Shown here piece after piece: positions 50,307 through 59,128 of a stretch of 63,415 nucleotides of DNA. The translations under genes were made by a program, and so were the position numbers. The notes under the pieces were generated by a model. That model searched no databases. It was not told where the DNA came from and saw nothing but the letters and a program-made list of their open reading frames with translations. Every line of letters starts with the position of its first letter. Position 1 is the first letter of the stretch. The stretch comes from Bacteroidales bacterium (GTDB taxonomy: Bacteria; Bacteroidota; Bacteroidia; Bacteroidales; P3), in NCBI GenBank assembly GCA_017613375.1, contig JAGADZ010000006.1, forward strand, positions 1 through 63,415, in the 5' to 3' direction.

Positions 50307-51674
50307 TTATTTTGACAAAACAATTGTGCGGGTTGAAATAGCGCCGTTGGCAAGCTCAATACGGACAACATAAGTGCCGTTTGAGAGGCTTCTCAGGTCG
50401 ATGGTTTGGGTGTCGTGGACACTCATCATCTGCTGTCCTGCAATATTGAATATCGCTATGCTCTTAACACTCTCGGCAGCGGCGATGTTCAGCATTGCTG
50501 TTGTCGGGTTGGGATAGATGGTGATATTCTCTTCTTCGGCTCCATTGATGCCGTCGTTTGCAAGAACGGTGACATAGGTGGTCATCTGACATCCGGTGCT
50601 TGGATTTGTTCCGACCAAGAAGTAGTCTTTGTTGGAGTAGAGGGGCTCGGTGACAATCGTTTCGGTTGTCTCGCCTGTGCTCCAGAGGTAGTTGACGGTT
50701 TGGTTGGAAGATCCGATAAGAGTTGCACTCTCTCCCTTTGCGACGCGGGTGTCACCAGTGATGGTGACGACAGGAGTGGGATTGATGGTCACATTGACAA
50801 CAATGAGGCTGTCGCATCCGTTGGCGGCGGCTTTCTTTAAAGTGATGGTGTCGGGACGTGAGAATGTGTATTCATAGGTCGACGAACCAACAACAAGAGT
50901 ATAGGAGTCGCAGCTCACAGGGTTTATCTCATAAAGGCCGCGGGGCTTTACGACGAAATGTACTGTGAAATTTGTGTCGAAGCAGCGTGCCACGGTGCGG
51001 GGGTGATACATTGTCTTGTTGCCGAGGGTGTATAATTCACTCGTTGTATCGTAACTCGTGAGGATTTCTGGGAATTCCATACTGTTGGCATCCCACATGT
51101 ATCCGATAATCTTGTAGCAGCTTGATACGATGGTGTCGCCCCATTTCTGCTCGGGCTGGATGACGACGAGGTTCAGCGTCAGGACTGAGTCGCAACCGGT
51201 GTTTGAGACAGAAGTCGGGATGTTTTTATTGTATGTGCCGCTTGTGGTGAGCGTGTCACCTTTCCAGATACGCATCTCGCATACGGTGTCATAGTATGTG
51301 ACACTTGCAGCGCTGTTGATGACAACGTCAACGGTGACGGTGCTGTCACAGTTTTTTGATGATCTGAATGTCTGACTGTGATATCCAGGGGTGTTATATG
51401 TCTGGTTGCCCCACGTATAAGTACAACCGCCGTTGACAGACATCGGCAGGGTGTCATTGTAGACAGGATAAATGGTGAGGTCAAGAATCCATAAGGTGTC
51501 TCCGGTAAATGCGACATAAGCACCTGTAGAATCGTAGGTTTGATTGGTGACGTTCCATGTGTAACTGCCACAAGCCTTGACGGTGGTGTCAATGTGAGTG
51601 GAAGCATAATGTTGGGCCTGCATGGCGAAAGGCATCATGGCGACCAATAGCATAAAGAATACTCTTTTTTTCAT
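50307..51674 (-). CDS. T9SS C-terminal-sorting-domain protein built from Cys-containing repeat modules
   Basis: Signal peptide. About five modules of C-x-x-Y-x-W ... G-x-Y ... GCDS ... L-x-L-x-V. The Por tail reads IYPNPTTAMLNI...NGTYVVRIELANGAISTRTIVLSK. Confidence 0.8.
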   Translation of the reverse strand: MKKRVFFMLLVAMMPFAMQAQHYASTHIDTTVKACGSYTWNVTNQTYDSTGAYVAFTGDTLWILDLTIYPVYNDTLPMSVNGGCTYTWGNQTYNTPGYHSQTFRSSKNCDSTVTVDVVINSAASVTYYDTVCEMRIWKGDTLTTSGTYNKNIPTSVSNTGCDSVLTLNLVVIQPEQKWGDTIVSSCYKIIGYMWDANSMEFPEILTSYDTTSELYTLGNKTMYHPRTVARCFDTNFTVHFVVKPRGLYEINPVSCDSYTLVVGSSTYEYTFSRPDTITLKKAAANGCDSLIVVNVTINPTPVVTITGDTRVAKGESATLIGSSNQTVNYLWSTGETTETIVTEPLYSNKDYFLVGTNPSTGCQMTTYVTVLANDGINGAEEENITIYPNPTTAMLNIAAAESVKSIAIFNIAGQQMMSVHDTQTIDLRSLSNGTYVVRIELANGAISTRTIVLSK

Positions 51675-51873
51675 CTTGTCAATTGAATTAATAGATGTTA
51701 TACTACTTTATTATTATTTGCATATTTAATTGTTGTTGAATATCTTGAATACCCTTTTTGAGGGTATTGCACTAATATTAACAATATGCAAAGATAATAA
51801 AAAAATCAATACTGCATCATTTTTTTTGTTTTTTTCTTTTTTTTACGACATATTTTGTCAAAAAAAAGATGTG

Positions 51874-53301
51874 TCAGGAGTTGCGGAGGGTGAGCAGCAC
51901 TACATTCTCCACATGTTGTGTGTGTGGGAACATGTCGACGGGTTGGATGCGTCCGATGTCATATTTTGTATGCAGCATTTCCAAGTCGCGAGCCTGCGTT
52001 GCCGGGTTGCAGCTTACGTAAACGATGCGGCCGGCTTCGATTTTCAACAATTGTTCGACGACTTTTTCGTGCATCCCGGCCCGTGGGGGATCGGTGATGA
52101 CCACATCGGGTTTTCCATGACGGCTGATGAATTCATCGGTGAATACTTTCGCCATGTCGCCTGCCACGAAGGTGCAGTTGTCGAAACCGTTTGTCTCGGC
52201 GTTCAGTCGGGCGTCGGCGATGGCCTCTTCGACATACTCTATGCCGACGACCTTTTTGCAGCTGTCAGCAAGAAACTGGGCGATGGTGCCGGTGCCGGTA
52301 TACAAATCGTAAACGGTCTCGTCGCCTTTTAACTCCGCAAAATCGGCAACGAAGCTGTAAAGCCTGTAGGCCTGCTCGGAATTGGTCTGGTAGAATGATT
52401 TAGGATTGATTCTGAACTGCAAAGGGTCGCCGTCTCTATGACGCGGCATTTGTTCGGTGATGTAGCTCTTGCCGCTGAATGTCACAACATCAAGGTCGCC
52501 ATAGGAGTCGTTGAACTTGCTGTTTATGATATATTGCAACGATGTTATGTCGGGGAAACCGGCTTTGAGGTGCTCCAGGAGGGGGAAGAGCCATTCCGGC
52601 CTGTCTTCGGCGACAATGACAGTGACCATCCATTCGTTGGTACTGGTGTTTCTGATGACTATATTGCGCAGAAAACCTGTATGGTTGCGTATGTCGTAAT
52701 AAGGCAGATTGTGCTCTTCGGCATACTGGCGGACGGTGTTGCGGATGATGTTGGAGGGGTCTCGTTGCAATGCACAGTGTTCTATGGGAATCACCTTGTC
52801 AAACACTGTCGGGGCATGAAACCCCAACGCTCCTTGTTCATTCTCGTTACGGACTTCGCCGTCGTTGAGCCATCTCTTTGTAGAAAAGGTGAACTCCAGT
52901 TTGTTGCGGTAGTAATAAATTTTCTCGGAGCCGCAGATGGGCTGCATGCCTGAAGTGTCTATATGGCCAAGGCGTTCCAGGTTGTCTTTCACCTGCTGCT
53001 GCTTGAACTGCAGCTGAGCTTCATATTTGAGGGTCTGCCATTTGCAGCCGCCGCAAATACCGAAATGTGGACAGGCAGGCTCCACTCTCAGAGGGGAGGC
53101 CTGTTTGATGGTTATGGCCCGTCCCTCGGCATAGTTCTTCTTTTTCTTGTAGATAAGAAGATCTATCACGTCTCCGGGGACCACGAAAGGGACAAAAACC
53201 ACCATGCCGTCGACACGGACAATTGCTTTGCCTTCGGCACCGGCGTCGCTGACGGTGACATCGGGAATAATCGTTTCTTGCTTGGTCTTGCGAAGTTTCA
53301 T
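51874..53301 (-). CDS. rlmD: 23S rRNA (uracil1939-C5)-methyltransferase
   Basis: TRAM-like N-terminus, Fe-S Cys cluster CPHFGICGGCKWQ, SAM motif DLYTGTGTI, and the catalytic-site Cys in VYVSCNP. Confidence 0.9.
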   Translation of the reverse strand: MKLRKTKQETIIPDVTVSDAGAEGKAIVRVDGMVVFVPFVVPGDVIDLLIYKKKKNYAEGRAITIKQASPLRVEPACPHFGICGGCKWQTLKYEAQLQFKQQQVKDNLERLGHIDTSGMQPICGSEKIYYYRNKLEFTFSTKRWLNDGEVRNENEQGALGFHAPTVFDKVIPIEHCALQRDPSNIIRNTVRQYAEEHNLPYYDIRNHTGFLRNIVIRNTSTNEWMVTVIVAEDRPEWLFPLLEHLKAGFPDITSLQYIINSKFNDSYGDLDVVTFSGKSYITEQMPRHRDGDPLQFRINPKSFYQTNSEQAYRLYSFVADFAELKGDETVYDLYTGTGTIAQFLADSCKKVVGIEYVEEAIADARLNAETNGFDNCTFVAGDMAKVFTDEFISRHGKPDVVITDPPRAGMHEKVVEQLLKIEAGRIVYVSCNPATQARDLEMLHTKYDIGRIQPVDMFPHTQHVENVVLLTLRNS

Positions 53302-53349
53302 TGTCTGTTTGTTTTGAGCCGGCAGCCTTGAAAGGCATGCCCGAATACT

Positions 53350-53378
53350 AAAAAAGAAGTATTGGCAACAATACTTCT
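53350..53378 (-). terminator. Intrinsic terminator after rpmH
   Basis: On the minus strand, AGAAGTATTG-ttgc-CAATACTTCT followed by TTTTTT. Confidence 0.8.
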
Positions 53379-53418
53379 AATTCATGTAGCAAAGAGGACC
53401 CCTTGGGAGACCTTGCAC

Positions 53419-53565
53419 TTATCGTTCGTCTGATACGGTCAGTTTCTTTCTGCCTTTTCTGCGGCGTGCTGCCAAAACTTTTCTGCCATTTGCCGTCGAC
53501 ATTCTCTGACGAAAACCGTGCTTATTTGCTCTCTTTCTGCGTGATGGTTGAAATGTTCTCTTCAT
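53419..53565 (-). CDS. rpmH: 50S ribosomal protein L34 (absent from the ORF track, 48 aa)
   Basis: Hand translation of the minus strand gives [57 protein letters not shown] box lies about 25 nt upstream. Confidence 0.95.
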   Translation of the reverse strand: MKRTFQPSRRKRANKHGFRQRMSTANGRKVLAARRRKGRKKLTVSDER

Positions 53566-53718
53566 TTTTTACTCAATTTGGAAGTGCAAAAGTACACAAA
53601 AAAAACAATATAGAGTGAAAAAAAAGTTTAAAACTTTTTGAAGTACACGCAACTGGCTGACAATCACAATAATAAAAATTTCTAATTTTTAGTTTTTCTC
53701 CATATGGAAAAAAGTGTG

Positions 53719-53726
53719 TATATTTG
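53719..53726 (+). promoter_or_regulatory. -7 promoter box TATATTTG
   Basis: TAnnTTTG match 36 nt upstream of the ATG at 53762. Confidence 0.5.
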
Positions 53727-53761
53727 CATTTTATTTTTTCAGATTACAATAACACAAAATA

Positions 53762-54430
53762 ATGGAAAAATCAGCGTTTAATGTCAAGTTATCCAACCTC
53801 TGCAGTTACTCCATGACCGACAAGTCGGAAATACAGCAGGAGAAGAACCGTTTCCCCTACTGCGCCCTGTTGCAGGTGATGGATACTTTGAGCGACAAGG
53901 CTACGGGAACTTCCCAGTGGGAGCAACGTTTTTTGCCACGCACTCTGTTGTATCTCTCTGACAGGACCAAGTTTCTGTATTATCTGGATCAGGTGTCGCA
54001 GACTGATATACAGACTCCTGCCGACCTCAAGGCAAAGGAGCGCGTGGAACAGGCCAAAAACCAGGAATACACCTCTGCAGAGAGTGAATCTTTTGATATT
54101 ATGAAGGAGATTAATTCCTATCAGGAGGTCTCTTTCAAGACGGCTCCGAAGAGTGTGATTCTGTCCAAATTTCTTGAAACAGGCAACTACAATTCTCAGG
54201 ATTTGGGTGTCGCCAGTGATGTGCCGATAGAAGTTTTAGGCAAAAAAAGTATTCAGGAAGATGATTCGTTAGATACTGAAACTCTTGCTGTTGTGATGGA
54301 GAAACAGGGGAAGTATGACAAAGCCGTCGCAATATATGAAAAATTAATTTCTAAATATCCCGAAAAAAGTAGTACTTTTGCACTCCGAATTTCGGAACTA
54401 AAAACAAAGATAGAAAATAATAAAAAATAA
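53762..54430 (+). CDS. Hypothetical protein (single TPR-like C-terminal unit)
   Basis: 222-aa ORF ending GKYDKAVAIYEKLISKYPEKS. It lies 5 nt upstream of secG. No family recognised. Confidence 0.55.
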   Translation: MEKSAFNVKLSNLCSYSMTDKSEIQQEKNRFPYCALLQVMDTLSDKATGTSQWEQRFLPRTLLYLSDRTKFLYYLDQVSQTDIQTPADLKAKERVEQAKNQEYTSAESESFDIMKEINSYQEVSFKTAPKSVILSKFLETGNYNSQDLGVASDVPIEVLGKKSIQEDDSLDTETLAVVMEKQGKYDKAVAIYEKLISKYPEKSSTFALRISELKTKIENNKK

Positions 54431-54435
54431 CAGTT

Positions 54436-54780
54436 ATGTACAATTTTTTGGTAATTCTTATTTTGATTGTCAGTGTTCTTTTGGCCATAGTTGTATTGGT
54501 GCAGAACTCAAAGGGCGGTGGTCTTGCTGCCAATTTCTCGGCTCCCAATCAGATTATGGGTGTCCGCAAGACGACTGATTTTCTGGAGAAGGCTACATGG
54601 ACTCTTGCTATCGCTCTCGTGGTGTTAAGTTTGATTGCAACAATAACAATCCATTCTGGAAAATCCTCTGTTCAAAAGAATGCCATTAATGCAGAGAATA
54701 CCGCTGTACCCGTTTCTGCAGCCCCGGTTGCTGCTCCGCAGTCACAGCCTGTCGCTCCTGCTCCTTCTGAGAATCAGTAA
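54436..54780 (+). CDS. secG: Preprotein translocase subunit SecG
   Basis: ILILIVSVLLAIVVLVQNSKGGGL is the SecG signature, followed by a second TM helix and a Pro/Ala-rich tail. Confidence 0.85.
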   Translation: MYNFLVILILIVSVLLAIVVLVQNSKGGGLAANFSAPNQIMGVRKTTDFLEKATWTLAIALVVLSLIATITIHSGKSSVQKNAINAENTAVPVSAAPVAAPQSQPVAPAPSENQ

Positions 54781-54839
54781 TTCTTTTCAGAATTCTTACA
54801 TAGAGAGATTTGTCCTTGGGCAAATCTCTTTTTTTGCCT

Positions 54840-56273
54840 ATGAACAGTGCCGAGAAGCTGATTTTTTCCTTTTTTCCTCATACTCCCACCGATGGTCAGC
54901 GTGAGGCTTGCAGCAGTATCGTCTCGTTTCTGTTCGACAAGGACCCAAGGGCGGCATTCCTATTGCACGGCTACGCCGGAACAGGAAAGACATCGCTTGT
55001 CGCCGCGCTTATCCAGGCGGCTCCGCGAATGAGGATAAAGACTGTCCTGCTGGCTCCTACGGGACGTGCCGCCAAGGTGCTCTCGGGCTATGCTCACAAG
55101 AAAGCGTTCACCATACACAAAAAGATTTATACAACAGTGACCGACGCAACAGGCAATATACGTTGTGTCAGGGCACAAAACAAGCATGCCTACACCCTTT
55201 TTATTGTCGACGAAGCTTCCATGATAGGGGTGAACTCTTCGGAAGATGGTTATGTCGGACGCCATTCGCTGTTGGAGGACTTGATTGATTTTGTGAATGA
55301 GGGAAGCCATTGCCGTCTGATGCTTATCGGCGACACGGCACAGCTGCCACCCGTAGGCTCGGCCGACAGTCCCGCATTGTCTCCGAATTACCTGCAATCG
55401 GTGTCGGACTTGAATATCCATCAGGCCTCCCTGACCGAGGTGGTGAGGCAGGACTCATTGTCGGGAATTCTTGACAATGCCACGGAACTCCGACGGAAGA
55501 TTGCTAAAATGCGGGATTCTGACGAGGTGGCTGTGCCGCTGTTCAATATTGGAAGCAATGCCGATGTGATTCGACTCAACGGAGCGGATTTGGAGGATGC
55601 TCTCAACAAAGAGTATTCCGATGCCGGCGTTGACGGCGTTGTGTTTGTCTGCCGTTCCAACAAACGTGCAAACCTTTTCAATCAGGCAATAAGAAACAGG
55701 GTGCTGTTCCGGGAAGATGAAATAAACACTGGCGATTATTTGATGGTTGTAAAAAACAACTATCACTGGCTCGAGGATGATTCCGAGATTGGCTTCATCG
55801 CCAACGGCGACATTGTCGAGGTGCTGGCTGCAAGGAATTTCGAGGAATTGTACGGATTCCACTTTGTTGATGTGACGCTCCGTTTTATTGATTATCCGGA
55901 CGCTCCGACTCTCGACTGCAAGATAATGCTCGAAACGTTGCATTCGGAGTCGCCGTCTCTGACCCGTGAGGAATCGCAGGCTCTTTTCAACAGTGTCATG
56001 GAGGACTACATTGATTTGCCCACCAAGGCGGAACGGTTGAACGCGGTGCGATCCAATCCCTATTTCAATGCGTTGCAGGTGAAATTTGCCTATGCTCTGA
56101 CTTGTCACAAGACACAGGGCGGTCAATGGCCTGTGGTTTTTGTCGAGCAGGGCTTCTTGACGGAGGATATGATAAACAAAGAATTCCTCAGATGGCTATA
56201 TACGGCGTTGACGCGTGCCACACAGAAGGTTTACCTGTTGAATTTCGAGGAACGCTTTTTCGAACAGGCATAA
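54840..56273 (+). CDS. RecD-like (SF1, AAA_30/UvrD_C_2) ATP-dependent DNA helicase
   Basis: Walker A GYAGTGKTS, LFIVDEASM, and the C-terminal AYALTCHKTQGGQWPVVFV. ATG at 54840 is preferred over the track's TTG at 54810. Confidence 0.8.
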   Translation: MNSAEKLIFSFFPHTPTDGQREACSSIVSFLFDKDPRAAFLLHGYAGTGKTSLVAALIQAAPRMRIKTVLLAPTGRAAKVLSGYAHKKAFTIHKKIYTTVTDATGNIRCVRAQNKHAYTLFIVDEASMIGVNSSEDGYVGRHSLLEDLIDFVNEGSHCRLMLIGDTAQLPPVGSADSPALSPNYLQSVSDLNIHQASLTEVVRQDSLSGILDNATELRRKIAKMRDSDEVAVPLFNIGSNADVIRLNGADLEDALNKEYSDAGVDGVVFVCRSNKRANLFNQAIRNRVLFREDEINTGDYLMVVKNNYHWLEDDSEIGFIANGDIVEVLAARNFEELYGFHFVDVTLRFIDYPDAPTLDCKIMLETLHSESPSLTREESQALFNSVMEDYIDLPTKAERLNAVRSNPYFNALQVKFAYALTCHKTQGGQWPVVFVEQGFLTEDMINKEFLRWLYTALTRATQKVYLLNFEERFFEQA

Positions 56274-56275
56274 AA

Positions 56276-56301
56276 AAAACACCTCTGAAAAGAGGTGTTT
56301 T
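56276..56301. terminator. Bidirectional hairpin terminator
   Basis: AAAACACCTCT-gaaa-AGAGGTGTTTT between convergent genes. Confidence 0.8.
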
Positions 56302-56317
56302 AATTTTCCGTGCTTTC

Positions 56318-56575
56318 TTAGAAAGTCTTGCTGGCTTTGAATTTCAGAACTTTCTTTGCGGGAATCTTGATAGCCTTGCCGGTACGAGGATTTTTGCCTT
56401 TGCGTGCAGGTCTGTTCTGCATGAAGAATGAGCCAAATCCAATCAAGGAAATCTTCTTTCCAGCTTTGAGTTCGGTGCGAGCAACTTCGCTAAGAGCGTT
56501 GAAAGCTTTTGCAGCGTCAACTTTTGTCATACCAGCTTTCTTTGCGAGAGCGGCGATTAATTCAGTTTTGTTCAT
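56318..56575 (-). CDS. hup: HU-family DNA-binding protein
   Basis: MNKTELIAALA...GFGSF...RKGKNPRTGKAIKIPA. Confidence 0.9.
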   Translation of the reverse strand: MNKTELIAALAKKAGMTKVDAAKAFNALSEVARTELKAGKKISLIGFGSFFMQNRPARKGKNPRTGKAIKIPAKKVLKFKASKTF

Positions 56576-56688
56576 GTTTTTGACATTTGAGGGTTAAACA
56601 ATTATTTTTGACGGTGCAAATATAAGTATTTTTTTTTATACATTTTTAGTTTTTAACAAAAAATTTATGATATTTTTCTATTAAAAAA

Positions 56689-57636
56689 TTATATCATTAA
56701 TTTCCAATTAGATACATTGTAGCCACGTAGAAATTCTTCCACACTTATTTTTTTCTTTCCGCTCATTTGGAGCTGCAAAATCTTGATAAATCCGTCTTTA
56801 ACTTCAATTTTCAGTTCTTTTTTTTGATCGCTGATTATCTTTCCGAGGCTGTTTGAAGACCCTTTTTCATACACTGTCTTGAATATTTTCAGGTAGACTT
56901 GTTCCCCGTTGCCGTTGGTCATTGTCGCTGTCGCGGCGGGGTAGGGTGAGAGTCCTCTGACAAAGTTGAATATCTCCTGTCCACCGAGGTTCCAGTTGAT
57001 GGCGCAGTTTTCTTTGAATATCTTCGGTGCAGGATGTAACGGTTCCTCCATGGGTTGCGGATATGGCTTCAGGGTGCCGTTGAACAGTCCGTCAAGGGTC
57101 TCGACAACAAGCGTGCTGCCTATGGAAGCAAGTCTGTCATGCAGCGTTTCTGCGGTGTCGTCATCGCTGATGGCTATCTCTTTCTGCATGAGGAGCATGC
57201 CTTCGTCGATATTCTCGTTCAGCAGGAATGTGGTGACGCCGCTGCGTTTCTCACCATTGATGATGGCATGGTTTATTGGGGCGGCACCGCGGTATTGCGG
57301 CAAAAGGGATGCATGCAGGTTGAACGTGCCCATGGGAGGCATGGCCCACACTGCTTTGGGCAGCATTCGGAAGGCGACGACGACAAAGATGTCGGCATTG
57401 TATGCTTTCAAGGTTTCGAGGAATTCGGGGTCGCGCATCTTCTCGGGTTGCAGTACCGGCAGGTTGTGTTGTATTGCATATTCTTTCACGGGTGACGCTG
57501 TCAGCTTCAGTCCGCGTCCGCTTTGACGATCGGGGACAGTGACTACTGCGGCCACCTCATATCCGGCATTTACTATGGCATCGAGGGAGCCGACGGCGAA
57601 GTCGGGGGTTCCCATAAAAACTATCTTTCCTTTCAT
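56689..57636 (-). CDS. fmt: Methionyl-tRNA formyltransferase
   Basis: IVFMGTPDFAV, NLHASLLPQYRGAAPI. Confidence 0.9.
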   Translation of the reverse strand: MKGKIVFMGTPDFAVGSLDAIVNAGYEVAAVVTVPDRQSGRGLKLTASPVKEYAIQHNLPVLQPEKMRDPEFLETLKAYNADIFVVVAFRMLPKAVWAMPPMGTFNLHASLLPQYRGAAPINHAIINGEKRSGVTTFLLNENIDEGMLLMQKEIAISDDDTAETLHDRLASIGSTLVVETLDGLFNGTLKPYPQPMEEPLHPAPKIFKENCAINWNLGGQEIFNFVRGLSPYPAATATMTNGNGEQVYLKIFKTVYEKGSSNSLGKIISDQKKELKIEVKDGFIKILQLQMSGKKKISVEEFLRGYNVSNWKLMI

Positions 57637-57651
57637 TAGGACGGCAGGGCT

Positions 57652-58146
57652 TTATTTCTTGGAGAGTTCTTGTTGCAGTTTTATCATCTTCAATGCCGTG
57701 ACGGCACCTTCGACGCCTTTGTTGCCGTGTTTGCCACCGGCACGGTCGAGAGCCTGTTGCATGTCGTTGGTCGTAAGCACACTGAAAATGACAGGCTTTT
57801 CATATTTTAGGGCGACATTGGTAAGCCCTTGGGATACAGCCTGACAGATAAAATCGAAATGGCGAGTCTCGCCTTGGATGACGCATCCGATACAAATCAC
57901 GGCATCGAGCGAGGCATCGTTTTTCAGCATCAGGTCAGCCCCTGTCGTGAGTTCGAAACTGCCGGGGACATGCTTGACTACGATATTGTTCCCTGCGACA
58001 CCGTAGTGTTGCAGTGTCTCTGTGGCACCGTCGGTCATGGCATAGGTGATGTTGTCGTTCCATTCGGCCACGACTACGCCGATTCTATATTTTTCGCCAG
58101 AGGGGATTCCGGCGGCGTTGTGTTCGGAGAGATTGGTTTTCTTCAT
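57652..58146 (-). CDS. ribH: 6,7-dimethyl-8-ribityllumazine synthase
   Basis: VPGSFELT, GCVIQGETRHFDFI, GNKGVEGA. Confidence 0.9.
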   Translation of the reverse strand: MKKTNLSEHNAAGIPSGEKYRIGVVVAEWNDNITYAMTDGATETLQHYGVAGNNIVVKHVPGSFELTTGADLMLKNDASLDAVICIGCVIQGETRHFDFICQAVSQGLTNVALKYEKPVIFSVLTTNDMQQALDRAGGKHGNKGVEGAVTALKMIKLQQELSKK

Positions 58147-58171
58147 ATAATTTATATCATTAAAGACTCTG

Positions 58172-59056
58172 TTATCTAACCCTGATGCGTTGTCCTGGCT
58201 GCAGGCGTCCGATTCCGGGGTTCAATTCTTTGAGATGTTCTTTGGTGGTTTGGTGCATCTCGGCAATCTTCGACAGGGTGTCGCCCCGCTTAACTTCGTA
58301 GTATACCTCTGCTGGTTTTTGACGAGGAGGACGTTCCTTGATGATGCTTCTGTCGGCTTTGAACGAAGGGGGCTTGTTGCCTCTTGGGGGACTGATGCCG
58401 AAATAGGTCTTGTCGAGATGAAGCCTGCGGGTGCGGAGGGTGTAGTTGGAGAAGTCAAGAATCCATTCGGGGTCGAAGGGCTCGTATTGGAAGCGTACCT
58501 CGAAATGCAGATGCGGACCTGTGGAACGCCCTGTGCTTCCACCCAGTCCTATTATGTCGCCGGCCTTGACAATCTGGCGTGGCTTCACCATGATTCGCGA
58601 CAGGTGGCCATAAACCGTCTCCAGACCGTTCTCATGGCGTATGACGACGAGGTTGCCATAGTCTCCCATGGGACGTGCAATACGGACCACACCTCCGAAA
58701 CAGGCTCGAACAGGGTCGCCCATATGCAGGGCGATGTCAACTCCTCGGTGCGGCCTGTTCCATCGCCAGCCATAGGGAGATGTACGGACGTTCTTTATGG
58801 GGAAACAGAACTCGCTGGTGTCTTTTACCAAGACAAGGTTTATGTCGTCGGGCAGCGAATCCATAGGCATATTCCGTAGCCTTACAAGGGCTCCCGACAT
58901 GTTGTCGTTGTAGAAGAGTTGCCACATCGTCACGTCGCTGCCGTTGCCGTTGTAGAATCTGACATCCTTCCCACCGGGTTGCGACATGACGCTACCGCTG
59001 ACAAGCAACAGTAGAACAAGTGGCAGTGCGATATGTCGTCTTCTCACAATCGGCAT
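58172..59056 (-). CDS. M23-family metallopeptidase with a C-terminal LysM domain
   Basis: HRGVDIA and GSTGRSTGPHLHFE (M23 zinc ligands). The LysM domain reads YYEVKRGDTLSKIAEMH...LNP...LQPGQRIRV. Confidence 0.85.
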   Translation of the reverse strand: MPIVRRRHIALPLVLLLLVSGSVMSQPGGKDVRFYNGNGSDVTMWQLFYNDNMSGALVRLRNMPMDSLPDDINLVLVKDTSEFCFPIKNVRTSPYGWRWNRPHRGVDIALHMGDPVRACFGGVVRIARPMGDYGNLVVIRHENGLETVYGHLSRIMVKPRQIVKAGDIIGLGGSTGRSTGPHLHFEVRFQYEPFDPEWILDFSNYTLRTRRLHLDKTYFGISPPRGNKPPSFKADRSIIKERPPRQKPAEVYYEVKRGDTLSKIAEMHQTTKEHLKELNPGIGRLQPGQRIRVR

Positions 59057-59128
59057 AAATAATACATTTAATATATATACGAAAAAAATGAGACAAAGTT
59101 TCGCTGTCGGAGCAGTGAAAACGAAGGG

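Noticed and set aside
53403-53618. 71-aa plus-strand ORF
   Set aside because: The same DNA encodes canonical ribosomal protein L34 on the minus strand.
55455-56126. 223-aa minus-strand ORF, plus 58190..58879, 47631..48233, 30203..30832 and 18874..19497 on the strands opposite to annotated genes
   Set aside because: All are antisense to genes with strong family motifs or signal peptides, and none has a motif of its own.
58147-58171. Looked for an FMN riboswitch upstream of ribH
   Set aside because: ribH follows the M23 peptidase gene by only 25 nt, so there is no room for an aptamer and no FMN-element sequence is seen.
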